A stretch of 64,000 nucleotides of DNA from Anthoceros angustus (Eukaryota; Plantae; Anthocerotophyta): assembly GCA_010909165.1 (NCBI GenBank), contig MU008207.1, forward strand, positions 248,001-312,000. Direction: 5' to 3'. The translations under genes were made by a program, and so were the position numbers. Below are positions 23,697 through 37,299 of this stretch, in pieces. The notes under the pieces were generated by a model. The model did not search any database and was not told where the DNA came from. It saw nothing but the letters and a program-made list of their open reading frames with translations. Numbering within the stretch: position 1 is the first letter of the stretch; the number at the start of each line of letters is the position of its first letter.

Positions 23697-25499
23697 ACCA
23701 TGCCTCAGGCTTCCACCTCCTGGTCTTCTCGTAGTCCCATAAGACCCCAGGCATCAAATCCCATGGCCAGTGTGGGGACCCAGTGTCTCTTCCACAGTGC
23801 CATGGTGAGGCCCCAAGTCCCGTTGTGGGGGCGGGCATCTCTCATCCCTGAGGACCTCCATGCAGTCCACGGAGGAGTCCGGGGCTGGGATCTCCGGACC
23901 TAATCGGGACCCTTAGGTCCTGAGTCGGGAGTCAGGCCCGCAATCCGTCGGGGCTCATCCTCGTGGTGGTCTGTGTCGAACCGGGGCCGCCTCCTAGCCC
24001 TTGGCTGCCTCCGGTGGGACTAGGAGGAGAGGCGGGGATGTCCTCCACACTTCCCTTGGTGGTGAGGGGTCAGCTCAAGCGTATGGAATGGGGATTCCCT
24101 CCCGATCGTCTTCCTCCGCTCTCTCTTGCTCCGGACGGCCGGGCTTCCTCCTCGGCCTTTGCACTCTAAGCCGGTAGGGCCGCGGCCCTTCGGGCGCCGC
24201 TCTTCTTCCCCTCCTTCGGGGAGGTTGTGGTGTCCCCACATAGATCGGATATGGGGATAGTCACAGTGGGTGGCTTCTGGCACCTCGACTTTGTGAGCCT
24301 CACCGGGTGAGCTGGCGAGATGATTCTCCCTAGTCGGCCCTCTTCCTCCATTGCGCATGCGGGGATAAATTATCGTGGTGGTCTACCTTGGTGGCGAGGT
24401 TCAAATGGACAATGATCACAGCGCCTCTCACCCTCCTCCAACAAATCGGCATCAACCGGTAGTTGGTTGTTTCTGCGTCCCAGGCTTGACGGTAGCCTTT
24501 GCCGCCTATCTTTTCCCTTGCCTTGAGGGGCTCGGGACTCGCCCCAATTTTCTCCCAGGCGCGCCTCGGGACTCAGGTCCACCTCCTAGGATCCTCCCGG
24601 AGGTTCTTGATCGGACCTCCTTGTTGGCCCTTGCCAACATCTTGGCGTATTCTAGTCGTGTTGTCGAGCGTCACCATCCATCTAAAGGCGTCGGTGCCAC
24701 TTCTCCACTCCTCACCTCCCAACCCGGGGTTGGTCTGGATATATCACCTGATGTTGCGCTCATCACCAGCTCCCACCTCATGACCTTCTTGGGTCCCATC
24801 GCCTCCTTCTTCTTACTCCGCTGTAGGCGATTGTCCGTGATCGCTGGCACGATGCTCCCTCTTCGCCGCGTTCGCTGCTCCAACCACAAAGGTGAGCCGC
24901 GCGCGAAGGTGCCTGAGCGTTCGGAGAGATAGCGCCAGAGGGCGGGGTTGCGGAGCGCGAGAGACTGCGAAAATTGTCTCGAGGGCGCACAGAGAAATGA
25001 CCCTCCCCGTCGGCCGCTGGAGTAATGCCGGGCGGTGCTCTTCCCGCCCTGTGAATCGCCAGGTCCGCATGGCTCTCACCTTACGCGCTTCGCCTTACGC
25101 GCCACGACCAGCAGCCGCTCTGCTTGGGCGTGAATACCGCTATAACGCTGGCACCCCCACGGTCCTAGTCCGCATGCCTCTCCTCCTCGATGCCCACGTG
25201 GGCTGCCCAAACACGCCCAAACCCTTAAGTTACTTTACTTGTGTATCCTATCCTCGCCCGGTGTGTTCCGGACTTACTCGACATTTTCATGGGTCCCGTT
25301 CCTGTGCTGGGCTCCTCGAGTGTCCTGAGTCCCTGGACTCACCGGTGTAGTCCGAGTATTCGGACCTATTCCTTCCTTCGCCTTATTTTTTCCGCCTCGG
25401 ACCTACGAAAAACAAAACCCAACTTATTTCCTAACCCCAAGGGAAGTCCGTAGTCCACATACTCCCTTTCATCTGCTGGCGTCTCCGCCAACACTAGCA

Positions 25500-28400
25500 T
25501 GATATTTTTCACCGCCACCCGTTCACCCGAGTGGCACACCATCCAAGCCGAACGGACCCATTTGCGTATACTGCTACGGTAAGGTCCCATCCATGAGTGG
25601 AGTTTACCGGAAGTGCATATGGCAGTCGTAAAGAAGGGCCAAATCTCCTCCTTCACATACTCTTGATTCCCGAGCCTCTGCTGTACATGCTTGCGCTGAT
25701 TCTGTACTGCTTGCATCCTCCGCCTCTTCCCGACCCTCCATACCGGACAAACCCTAGCTCCGCTTTCTTCATCCGTTAAGCCTCCATCATGACTTGAGTG
25801 TTGGCACCTCAAACTCACCGCATAACGTGAAATGCCCATAGGTTAGGTAATACGGAGTTCAGTAGTTACCTTCTCCGCCTCAAGGCCCATGGTAGCTTTG
25901 TATCCCCGCATATAGTTAACCGTGTTTATTCGGATGCGCGATAAGTCCATTGGTCTTCTCCAACCGCTACCTGTAGGGGCCACACGATGTGTGATGCCAA
26001 AATAGTCCGTCATTGCGCTATCACATCATTGAGGAAATGAGTTCCCCTATCGCTACACGCACCCATACTGTGCGTGATGATGTTCTCAGAGGAACTTTGG
26101 CCACGTGTTTGCAGAGTCCGCTCTGTTGCCACCGCTTCCACCCACCGGTGCAGAGTCCGCCACCAAGATGTACCGCTTTGTGTGTGCCTCGTCGTAGTGA
26201 TAGGTCCGAGGTCGACCCCATTTCAAATGGTGCTAGTGCAGTATGGGCACCAACGGCCATTGTGTTGTGGAGTGGCCCGATCCCGACAAGCATCACATCT
26301 CTTCACAAATTGGTGTGTTTCTCCATACATGGTGGGCCACCAGTACCCGGCCTCCAAGATTTTCTTGGTGGTGACTCACAGCAAATGTCCACCGCCTACC
26401 CTTCATGCATCCCTTTATTACCACCTCCGCTCACTGGAGGTACTCTGCTCCACGCCGGCCCCACCTTAAAGATGCAACTGTTATACAGTCTAAAAGGACG
26501 AGCGTAGTGCACAAAGGCTTGACTGGGTTCACAATCCGCCGGCAATTCCATTTCCCCATAGGTACCGCCCCTCCAGAGAGGGCCTCCTCCGCCTCCTTCT
26601 CTGTGGGTCCGCTCCCCAGCTTAGGGTTTGTCCTACCGCCTTCCTCTATCACGCCACCACCTCATCCGGAAGGCGCCTCCCGATCCCGCAGATGCCCGCC
26701 TTTAACTGACAAGAAGTCGGCGCTTTGGTGTTGCCGCCTTGCCTCGGTCTCCACCTCAAAGGTGAACTCAGAAATGAATCCACCTCGCACCGCCCCGACA
26801 AGTCCGCTTTGTTCACCAAATGCTTGAGCGCCAAGTGATCAACATATAAACACAAACTCATGGTAAGGTAGTGTCAATTTCTTAACCGCAGATACCATTC
26901 CTAATGCCTCGCCTCCGTAGTAGTGTACCTCCGCTCGCATGCGTGAGCCGCCCGCGTAGTAGATTGATGATCCTCCGCTTGTCGCCTTTGATCGAGCACT
27001 ACCCGATGGCGGGCAAAGGCCGACATCCACATACACATGGAATCGCCCCCCCCGATTTTCACTGGGCACTGACTGTGGTGGTCTCAGATCTCAATGCCGC
27101 CCTTTCTCGTGTCCAGTCCACCTCCTCCTTCCCGAGTAACTCTAGCTTGGCGCGCTTTGCAAGTCTGGATGAAATGTAGTAACCCACCATGCCTGTGAAC
27201 CCGAACTCCTTCAAGTTCGAGGCGTCGTAGTGGATGGATGACCTTCACCTTGTCTTGATCCACCTCTATCCTCTTGTCATGTCCCAACAAGATTCCCTCC
27301 GCCCAAAGTAGCATTTCTGATGTAGGCATACTGAGGTTTCAACGCCCAAGCACTTCCGCAGTGTCCAACGGTTTGTCCTCCTCCATGCACGCAAAAGTCA
27401 TCCAGAATACCCATGAAGTCCTCGAAATCAAGACGTTGGTCACCATCCGCATAAATGATCCGGTGCTCTGCCATCCCGGCGCCGCTTAGGCGAAACGTCC
27501 CCCACTCCGTGGTGAACGTTATCCCACCGACCCCTTAGGTGCTTGGTTGTAGCCGAGTATCCATCCAAGAAGGAGTAGGTACTCCCGCCACCTTGTCCAA
27601 GATGTCGCCCACAAGGGCATGGGAAAATGGTCCTTCTGGCGGCGTGAGTTTCCTCCACCCGATGACACGGATCCGCTCTGTTGCTTTCTGGCACGACAAC
27701 AATGGGTGCTACCCATTCGCTGTTCACGATTGGGAAGATGATGTCCGCCTCCAGATATTTATCCAGGACCTCCTTGACCTTGAGCGAGTGCTTGGGATTC
27801 AGTTTATATTGTCCATCCGAATGGGCACCGCCTCCGCTTGATCTATCCGTGTTCGCCCCATCGCTTCGGAATGCCTTCATGTCCGTGACCTTGAAAGCAA
27901 CACCTCACTAAATTCTCCTAACAAGGTGAGGTCGGCTCAACTCGGCATGCCTTGCGGAATTTTAGGAATTCGGACCTCCACGCCTTCCACATCGTGATTG
28001 ACCGCTTCTTTCCTCGCCGCTCGCCACGCCCAAAGCCATCATCCTCCATCCGGGTTCATCCTCACGCATTCCCCACTCTAAGAGCTCGTCTGAGGTGAAC
28101 CGGATCACTTCTTCGGGGTCCTCCTCGTCCGGTGGGTCCCTTGCCTTCGCCCCTCCGGGTCCGCGGCCTCACTGAACAACCGACCACCTCCGCCTCAAAG
28201 GTGTCCCTCCGTAGTCCATCTCTCTTCGGACCACGAGATTTTTGGAAAGGGTAGTCCTCATTCGTATCCTCGCCATCATCCCACTGCCTTCGGAGGTGTA
28301 CCCTCTGTGGTGCTTACGGTTTCACCACAAGATGTGTCCTTACCAGTGATCGCACCCGTCCTTCCCTCACCTTCTGATCCCGCCCACCGCTTGAAGTGTA

Positions 28401-28903
28401 TCTCCTTCCTTCCAGTGTAGTTTTGTCCGAGCGAGTCCCACTGTGGTCGCCTAACAAGACCTGACCTGTAGGTCCGGGCTTGATGACCACAAGTCCAATG
28501 TATAGGCTCCCGCTTATGGTGGCTTGACTCGACAACTCCCTGGCCGCCAGTGACATGTCCGCCATCCCGAGGGTTTTGGTGGAGGCTCAAATGGTGTGAA
28601 CCCAACCGCCTTGCTACCGGGCCTCCGGATGAGGTTCACTGACCCGGTGTCCAGGGGTACGTTCTTAATCACGCACTCCGATTTCTCAACCACGGCGCCT
28701 CGGGTCCGATATGAGATACTACTCTTACCTCCACGTTCTTGGCCCTCCGGCCCAAGGAGTTTCGGCGTGGTTGTGTCTCCCTGACGGCCCTCCGGACTTC
28801 TCGCCGATTCGGGTTGTTTAACAACCGGCTAAGTGACACCAAGTGTTGTTGGTCCATCATCAAGTCGCCACCTTGAAAGGCGGTGGGTGGCTCCTTCATT
28901 GAG
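25500..28903 (-). pseudogene. Element A pol: protease, RT, RNase H and integrase fragments, heavily frameshifted
   Basis: NVPLDTG-like protease ~28.6 kb; YKLNPKHSLKVKEVLDKYLEADIIFPIVNSEWVAPIVVVP; YSFLDGYS; FMGILDDFCV; FHVYVD; YVDHLALKHLVNKADLSGR; GKLHSWMGPY (GPY/F). Confidence 0.85.
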
Positions 28904-28964
28904 TGTCTCTGCAAGAAAGCTCATGGCTGCTGGTGCGTGTAGCTCGCTACGCCGGGTGAGATCG

Positions 28965-29146
28965 CCCCGAGTATGGCCAAGACCAAGACTGGGTCAAAGT
29001 ATGGTCAAGACCAGGACTAGGATTGTCCCGAGTATGGCCAAGACCAAGATTGGGACTGTCCTTTATATGGCCAAGACCGGGATTGGGATTGTCCCGAGTA
29101 TGGCCAAGACCACACGACTGTCAGGCCAAGACCAAGACTGGACTCC
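28965..29146 (+). repeat. ~33-bp degenerate tandem repeat (CCCGAGTATGGCCAAGACCAAGATTGGGACTGT), cluster 1
   Basis: About 5 copies; the 11-aa period is visible in the spurious ORF (VPSMAKTKIGT). Confidence 0.9.
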
Positions 29147-32100
29147 GTAGTGAAGTGTGAATGGGGTTTTGCATCCAAGATGCAAAGAGGCCACATTACC
29201 CTCTATGTCGTTATAGTCCTAGGATTCGATCCCAAGGAATGGTTTTGTGTCAAGGTGTTCTAAAATCTATGGATTCTAGACCTACCTGCCGATCACTACC
29301 CCACCTTATCCAGCCTACCCTACCCAAACCCACCACTGTGGAAGACTGCCACCGCAGTTGGTCTCAACCACCGTGGCGGGTCCCAGCCACCGTCATGGGT
29401 CTATTTGTCACCGGCCTCGGCACCTTGGGGCTATGGACATACACACACCTATACACCTCACTTTACTCTAGGAATTTCCGCGATTCCACCGCACACTTCC
29501 ACTCTCACTCATTTCCGATTTTCCCCACACGCACTCACAATCCCTCACAACAAGACTCATCCACCCTTTCGGACCTTTCCTTCCTAATAACCTCTCCTCA
29601 CGGGCCATGCACCCCTCCTTGGGCCACACAACCCTCCTTGGGCCACACATGCACCCCCCATAAATAAAACACTGGTGGCGTAGCTTGGGAAAGAGGATCG
29701 TGAAAGAAAACCCCTGCGCGATTTTCCGCTCCCACCTCCGCTGCACCTACTCTTTTCCCCACGCCACCACCTTCCGGCCACCCCAGCGTGAGCTTGGCCA
29801 CTCCGCCTCGACCATCCAGGATCTTCCCGCCTTCTTGTGACGAGAAGCGGTGCATCGAACGAGTTTGATGGATCGACGCCTCCAACCAACCTCGCGATAG
29901 CTTCAACACACGGAAGTTCACACCGAATTGTCTTAAGAGAGACACTCAAGGGTCTCTATACATTCACCGTGGATTTCCAACCACTCCTACCAAAGGTTCT
30001 AGAAAATATGGCCCACTACACGAGCCTCCTACCAATTCAGAACTACAGCACTCCTCAAAACATCCTATCCTACCCCAAAAAGAAGCCTCCGCCTATGATG
30101 TCGCCTCTAAAATCGCCGGCCTGCTGTTGCGCCTAGCCTCGGGCTTGGGGTTCGCCCGCCTCCTCCGCCACGCCCGATCCGAGCGATTCTCCCCAAAACC
30201 TCCACCTCTCAGCTGCTGCCTTCCATGGGCGCCTATAGGCCCTATGCCTCGTATTCCGCCTCATCGCCGGATGCCACACTGTGCTCCTCCCTCCACGCCT
30301 GCCTCCGCTCATTCCTCGATCACCACTTGGGGTAGGCCCCCGCCTCTGCTCGAAGAACCATCGTAAACGCCTGTGGCGGCCAAGATGTGCAGCCAATAGT
30401 TTCGCCTCCCGCCCAACAACCACATACACATTTAGAGTGAGCACCCGCCACCATGCGTGCTGTGGACATGAGCATCCTCATCCAGACGAGACACACGCCT
30501 TCGATATAGAGGTTCTTACCTCTCCTCCCGTGGACAATCTGGGCCGCCGCTGGTTTCGATCCCACCGCGGACTCCCTGGCTTCCCCACCTCGGTTCCTCC
30601 TTCCGCGACGGTGTGGTTTAGCCACCGTGGTGGTTGCTTCCACTGGTGGTGGCCATCGCTGTGTGGCTCGCCTTCTTGGCGCTCTCTTGACTCGGCCCTA
30701 GCTTCATCTCTCTCGCTTGTATCTCCGCCAGCCTTGAATTTCTCCAGGCGCCATTGTTTCCATTTGCCCGGACTCATGAGACCTCATCTTGAAGCTCCTC
30801 AATTGTAGCATGCGCCTTGACCTCGACACTAAGGCCTCCTGCTGGGTGGACATGGCCTTACCGCCTCCTGTGCCTTGCATAGGGCCGCCAGATGCCTCAA
30901 GGCCCTCCGCCACCTTGTTCTCGCCAGGCTCCAACTTCTCCTTGAGCAACTTTTCCTGGCCTGCACACTCCTGTGTGAGAGCCATGGTGCCTGGTCGAGG
31001 AGATCCGCCTCGAGCCATGGTCAAGTCGGCCTCAGATTCCGACCCGCCCTGCCCATTCCCTCCACAACACCTCGACGTGGTCACCTCCACTTCACGGTCG
31101 TGAAATGTCGCCAAAATGTTCGGAGTCTCATGGACTTGGCTTAAACTAACCCCTCTTCTTCTAGGGGTTGGTTTGCCACTACTTCCTCATCCGCTCCAAT
31201 CTCTAGCGGCCGACTCCTCCGCACCCGAGAGGCACAACTCGCTTCCTTTATTTTCTCCTCCTCCTCACCCGCCTCGATTTCGACTGTGACCCTAGGTGTG
31301 TCAGGTTCCTCTTCCGCTGCTTCCCTTCTTCGCCGACCCCTGCCTGCCGCCGCCCGCTTCTTGCCCTTGGAAACCTCCCCACCTTCATCCGAATCTTCTA
31401 GGGAGGCGATTCAACCGGCTGAATCCTTCCTAATCCTCCTTACACTCCTTCCTCTACCTTGAGTTCCCCGACCGGCTTCCCATGAAGGGCGTATACGCCC
31501 AACTCCGCTTAGACACCCTAATGCGCGAATACATGAATTAGAAAAGGTGAAATCAAGGAGGGCCGAGGGAAGGGAGAGCACCGCCTCCTCATGTGCTCTT
31601 TCAAAGATCATCCCCCCCAATCGATTTGTGTACCTTTAACCACCTCATGAAGAAAGACCGTGAAGTGGTCCGCCATATGATCCAACTTCCTGCTCAGAAA
31701 CACAAAATCCACTTGGCTAATCCCACCACCGCGCAGACACGAGTTGGCGAGTCACCCATCCATTGTTCACCTCACTTCTCCAGTTTCATGAGCGCAGCCT
31801 CGTGGTCTTTCTCTGGGGTCAATTACCAAGCTTCCATCCTCCGATGCTTCGCCATACATCGCCTCGAAAGAGCCCCAAATCCCGCTTATGCCTCTTCCTC
31901 GGCCTCTTGCAACTTGGTTCTCAATTGCGGGCGACTCTTGCACCAATGTCATCAGAACACCATTTCTTCTCCATAAATTCCAGCCCAACTCCTCACCACT
32001 GCTCACCTTCCAAAGGGTCCATGTTGGGCCACCGCATGGGATTTCGCGCCATCTCCTTTCTCCTTGTTTCAAAAGAACTCGACCCACGCAGACGAAAGAG

Positions 32101-32744
32101 GAACACCACCACGCTCCTCCGCCCTACCGGCGCCTCGCCCGCCTCTTTTCCTCCTTCGCTACTTCGCCAACGCCTGGTTTCCTTCCTCCGCCACCGCTGC
32201 CTGACTGACCGACGCCCTACTCGCAGAAACAGACTCGCCCAGCGCTAGATGCTGCGCCCAGCTTTGCGCAGCCTCGCCCGACGCGCCTGAAATTCACTGC
32301 GGCCGGGTGTGTCCGCCTCGCTTGGCCCGACTGTCTGGCAGCCCCGCTCCGCCACTAGGGTTGTAAACTCCCCGCCCAGACCTGCTTCGCCACCGTGGTG
32401 GAACTGCCACCTCCCGCTTGATCACAAGAATGGGATGTGTAGGCACCCCTAACATATATAGACACTTTCTTATTTCTAAAATCACCAAAACCCAAGGACT
32501 CTATTCCGACCTACCTATCCGGTCGAAAACCTAAGGTCAAAAAGAAAATTATTATTATCCCAAGGGCCAAGGACCATTCTCGAGTATAAAAGACCTTACC
32601 CAGCGATTCTCAAAGCACTTTGCTATACAAACACTCCCAAAACAAAAAAAATCGCTCATCCCGACACTTGGAGGGGGTTAGTGTACATGGTGGTCTTCCA
32701 CAAGATGGATAAGAGCTTAAGGTGGATCGGCCCTTAGTAATGGG

Positions 32745-32905
32745 CGTAAGACCAAGACTGGATCGAGTCTCGAGGTATGGCCAAGACCAGATCGATCGCC
32801 CCGGTATGCCAAGACCAAGATTGGGACTAGGGAACCATCTTTGTATGGCTAAGGGTTAAGATCTGACTGCCCCGAAAGACGGCTAAGACCAAGATTGTCC
32901 CAAAT
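32745..32905 (+). repeat. ~33-bp tandem repeat, cluster 2
   Basis: Same AAGACCAAGA core as clusters 1 and 3. Confidence 0.85.
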
Positions 32906-32964
32906 ACATACTCCACTGTCCCACTACAATCAGAAAGTAAAAATGAGTCCTTTGATTCGAACAA

Positions 32965-33790
32965 ATCGAACAAGTGATAGGCATTGTTTAAGCATGGTGT
33001 CCACGACATTAGCATGAAGAGGGATCACATGATTTGGCGCAATTACTGAAGTTGGAAAAATCACACCAACACACTCGCACCTGACAAATTGCATCCTGCT
33101 TGCTCAAAACACGCCTAAATCTTGCTTCCGATTCAAAGATTGCATTCTGACATTCGTTTTCCGCAAGAAGGTCTTGGCATTGCCCCCTGATAGCGGCAGT
33201 CAGCCACAAAGTGCCGACTAACAACCTACCTGTCAATAGCGCACATTTCTAATCCTCCACTTATCTTTGCTCCAAATACAAGCGCCATCTTCACGCTGCC
33301 TCTTCCAGCGCACGCTTCTGCACCTCTGCACCAAGGCGCCCAGCCCTTTCCATCATCGTGCGGGGCATCCGCCTTGGCGCCAGCTTTCTCCCATTTTTTT
33401 TGCGTACTGCCTAACTAGCTCGGCAACAAGGCGGGGTTTCGTCAACCGTCCTCTAACTTAGGGTTTGCAACCAATTATTGCTTATTTGTTATGTCTACTT
33501 CTAATGGCGATAATGAGTCGATCACTTATGTCCTAAAAGAGGGAATTTCTATACTAGCATATTCTCGCGAAATATCTGCTACTAGAATATTGTGTCCATA
33601 TGTCTTTTCTCATTCAAGAAACACTGGCTCTCTCTTGTACCTCGAGTGATCCATGCCCTACTGCCGTTCAATTAGAAGGTGGATGGCAGGTCTTATATGC
33701 ATGTTGTCGGTATACTAAATCGTCCCCGAGTATACTGCCGGGCTGATTCTCCGTGCATGTCCCACACAGTGCTTGTTTTATCTTTCATGG
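32965..33790 (-). repeat. Diverged copy of the element B LTR-like sequence
   Basis: Collinear with 41470-42160 and with the reverse complement of 59784-60480 (gggaatttctatactagcat, cccacacagt..tctttcatg). Confidence 0.8.
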
Positions 33791-33869
33791 CGGTACATCA
33801 AATTAACACGTGTGCAAGAGCTTCTCACACCCGCTGGTGCTCCGTGTAGTATGCCGTCGGGTGAGGCGT

Positions 33870-34210
33870 CCTGCCCCAGTGCTGCCAAGACCAAGTGACC
33901 TGGGGCCACCCCAGTATGGTCAAGACTGTGTGACTAGGATTGTCCCGAGTAGTACAGACCGTGACTAGGATTGTCCCAGGTATGGCTAAGACCAAGATTG
34001 GGACTGCCCCGAGTATGGCCAAGACTAAGACTGGACCGGTTCCAGTATACCAAGACCAAGATCGGACTGCCCCAGTATGGCTACTAGACAAGACTGGATG
34101 CCCCAGTATGGCCAAGACCAAGACTGGGACTAGACTGCCCCGTGGCTAAGACCAAGATCGGGACTATCCCAGTATGGCTAAGACCAAGACGGGATACATC
34201 CCAAGTATAC
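33870..34210 (+). repeat. ~33-bp tandem repeat, cluster 3
   Basis: About 10 copies of CCCAGTATGGC(C/T)AAGACCAAGA... Confidence 0.9.
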
Positions 34211-34297
34211 TCCACTTGTCCCACCACAACTGTAGCCAAAAATGAGTCCTTTGTCTCCACCGCCAGTCCTAGATAAGCCGTGCTTCTTGTCAGCTAA

Positions 34298-34435
34298 GTC
34301 AAACGGGGCAATACCAGAATTGATCCGGGACTTCAGCTAGTGGTGGATCTAGGCAAAACAGATGGTAACCACCATTGGCAGGTGGTCAGCGAAAGCCATC
34401 TCTGCATCATCCGGCCGTCCACACACTTGGCATGG
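34298..34435 (-). other. PHD finger at the integrase C-terminus of element B
   Basis: With two frameshifts reads CQVCGRPDDAEM...C..GGYHLFCLDPPLAEVP...WYCPV, the C4HC3 PHD signature. Confidence 0.82.
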
Positions 34436-34449
34436 GTAATTGATGGGAG

Positions 34450-37130
34450 GGACCCAATCGCTGGTAACAATGGTTGGGTCCAGGTTTGGGAGGTGACACG
34501 GTGCACAATTCTTCATGTGGTCTCGTTGTCGCATCGCCTCACCTGAATAAGAGTACTCCATTTGGCCCCGACCTCCTTCACTCGCAATACGCGCTTGCTA
34601 CAAAGCGTTGTGGTGTCTCTGCTTGCGGTGTAAATGAAGTCCCCACCGAAATTTCTTCAACTTCGCCTAAGTCGCCACTCCGTGTGTGAGCATACCAACG
34701 TGTCCCGATGCCGAGCGATGCGGAGGTTGGCCATGGCCATTGGCATGGTCTCTGAAAATGTTGCTCGGCCGTCCAATGACAAGGGCCCATACCGTGGTCA
34801 TCTAGGTTGACCACCTCATGCATCTGTTTGGCAATGGAGTGGTGGCATTGGCTCCTACCAAAAGAAGAAATAGGGATCGAAATGGGCGGCCGAGGCGTGT
34901 TTGCTCATTCGATATCCCATGGCTATGTATGGACACCAAGTCCCATTCGGTCTTGATCAAGACGAGTTTCATCCCTTCTTGATGGTTTGCACCATCTTTT
35001 CCGCCTGGCCATCAGCTTGAGGGTGATCCCTACTGCTCCGGCGATGGTCAATCAGTGCTGCATCCAACAGGTCCTGAAATTCTCCGCGAAACTCGGAACC
35101 TTGATCAGTCAAGCACTCGGCGCAGCTTCCAAAGAGGCCTAGGACATTTTGAAAAAATGCCTGGGCTGTGCTTCATGAGGTCTTGTCAGGCAATGCCACT
35201 ACCTCCAGCCACTTAGAGAAATGTTCCATCGTGACAAGGATGTAAACATTTCCTCGTGGTGTCTTGGGCAGTTCACCTATCAAGTCACAAGACCACCTGA
35301 AAAAGAGGCCCATGATCGGGTGGAGTGCAGGTGCCGAATGGTGAAGGATGTCTTGACTCTATCGCATTCCTCGCAGGCCACCCTGTTGCTTGACTGTGCA
35401 TTCCCGTGCGATAGAAGTGTGGGACCAACCAGCAAGCAGAGTGCGTTTAACACCAAAGTGTCCCATCTCATTGTGCACGCGATGAATGAGCTGTTCCCTA
35501 TCAGCGGGAGGTGGGACCAACCGTTCGAGGCCATTGCTCAGTTTCCTCACGATGTGCCCGTCCACTTGAGTACCCAATGAGACGTTATGCACCTTCTCGC
35601 TCAATGTCGAATTCGGTGCTTTGTTGGACAAACACCAATGCATCTGAATCCTCCCAAATGTCCTTGGAGTGCGTGGGCTGCGTCCACTTGTCCCAAACAT
35701 GTCATGGCGAGTAAGCGCATTGGTGAAGGATCCATCATCCTTGGAATCGCCATCTTGCCTAGCCTCGGTGCCATCCTCCGCTCTCATCCGGTTCTCGGAA
35801 AGGTGTCGATTACGATGTTTGATCGGGCACTACTCGGTCGTAGTCTTGCAAGATCATTGCTTATCCGGCCAACTTCCATAGCTTGGTGTTAGTCATCAGC
35901 CACTTGAGAGGTGAGGTCGGTGATCAGCGTGAATGGCTTGCCATAAAGATACTGAAATGGCCCCACACCGCCAAGCATTCTCCTTGATAGCTCATGTGGT
36001 TGCCTCACCCGGTTGTTGCTCCGTGATGCATATGCAATCACTCGTCGCCAGTCGTGAGCCGGCCTGACGAGTCCTGGGATGCTCCGGTCGGTGGACTACG
36101 AAGGGCTTCTCAAGTCGGGCCTTGCCATGGCGGGGCCTCCATGAGTCGCTCCTTCAAAGAGAAAAGGCATGCGTCGCCTTCATCTCCGGTGACATCCTTG
36201 CGTAGAAGGTCATTGAGAGGCTTGGCGATCCGGCTGAAGTTCTGAATGTACACTCGGTAGTAATTACACAAACCGAGAAAGGCTCGCAGTGAGAATACGT
36301 TGGTGGGCTCCTTGACCTGCATTATGGCTTGTACCTTGGCTGAATGGGGCATCACCCCATTTGGCACGATTCGATGTCCAAGATACGCGACAGTATCCAT
36401 GCCAAATTCGCACTTTGCCGGGTGACAAGTCAGTTGTGCCTTCCGTAGGCGCTGAAACAGGTCCTCGAGATGCACTAGGTGGGCTTCGAAATCCACGCTG
36501 TGCACCAGCACATCATCAATGTAGCACATCAAGTTCTTTGAACACCGAGTCCATGACTCGGCTGAAAGCGTCACCGGCGCATTCTTGAAAAGGGCATTAC
36601 TAGCCACTCCCACAATTCTTTGAGAGCCATGAAGGCCGTCTTCTTGATGTCCTCCTCGGCCACTGGCACTTGATTGAACCCTTGGCGTAGGTCCAATATA
36701 GAAAAGTAGGTGGAGCTGCCAATGTTGTCAAAGATTTCCTCTGGCGTCGGCATTGGATACCGGTCCTGTGAGGTGACAGCATTGATGGGACGGTAGTCCC
36801 CACACATGCGCTTTTCCGTCCACAACCCGTTGCGTTGTCCTTCTTAGGAGGCATCACCGTAGCTGCCGCATAGTCCGAGCTAGAGGGCCGAATGAGTCCC
36901 GCTTCCAGCAACTCCTGACACCTAGCATCCACCATGTCCCACTCAGTCTTGCTGAGCCTGTACCGTCTCCGATAGATGGGCTCCTTGCTGGTCAGATTGA
37001 TGTGGAAGGTAGTGACATTGCGCTTCAACTCTCGCATGGAGAATGTGAAGCAATCCTTGCACTGGAGTAGCAACACTCGAATCCGTTTCTGCTGTTCAAC
37101 ACTGAGTTTAGGTCCCATGACCCACATGAA
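34450..37130 (-). pseudogene. Element B RT, RNase H and integrase, frameshifted
   Basis: KRMCGDYRPINAVTSQDRYPMP; LDLRQGFNQ; CYIDDVLVHS; LRAFLGLCNYYR; YGKPFTLITD; RVHNEMGHFGVKRT; CLTDQGSEFRGEF...HPQADGQAEKMVQTIK. Confidence 0.92.
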
Positions 37131-37299
37131 ATTCTCAGCGCATGGCTTAGGCTTAGTTGAGCCATCAGCCGCAGGGCTGCCTCCTCCACTACCAGGGGCA
37201 GGCTGCTATCCGGGCCCCGTGCTCCCCGCATCAAGCCAAGATGACCGTAGTATAACCTGGGAAGGGCAAGTGGGGCCCATGAGCGAGCCGGAAGAGCGG

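Noticed and set aside
33870-34210. CRISPR-like appearance of the ~33-bp repeats (also 28965-29146 and 32745-32905)
   Set aside because: Head-to-tail degenerate units with no unique spacers, no cas genes, and a eukaryotic TE context.
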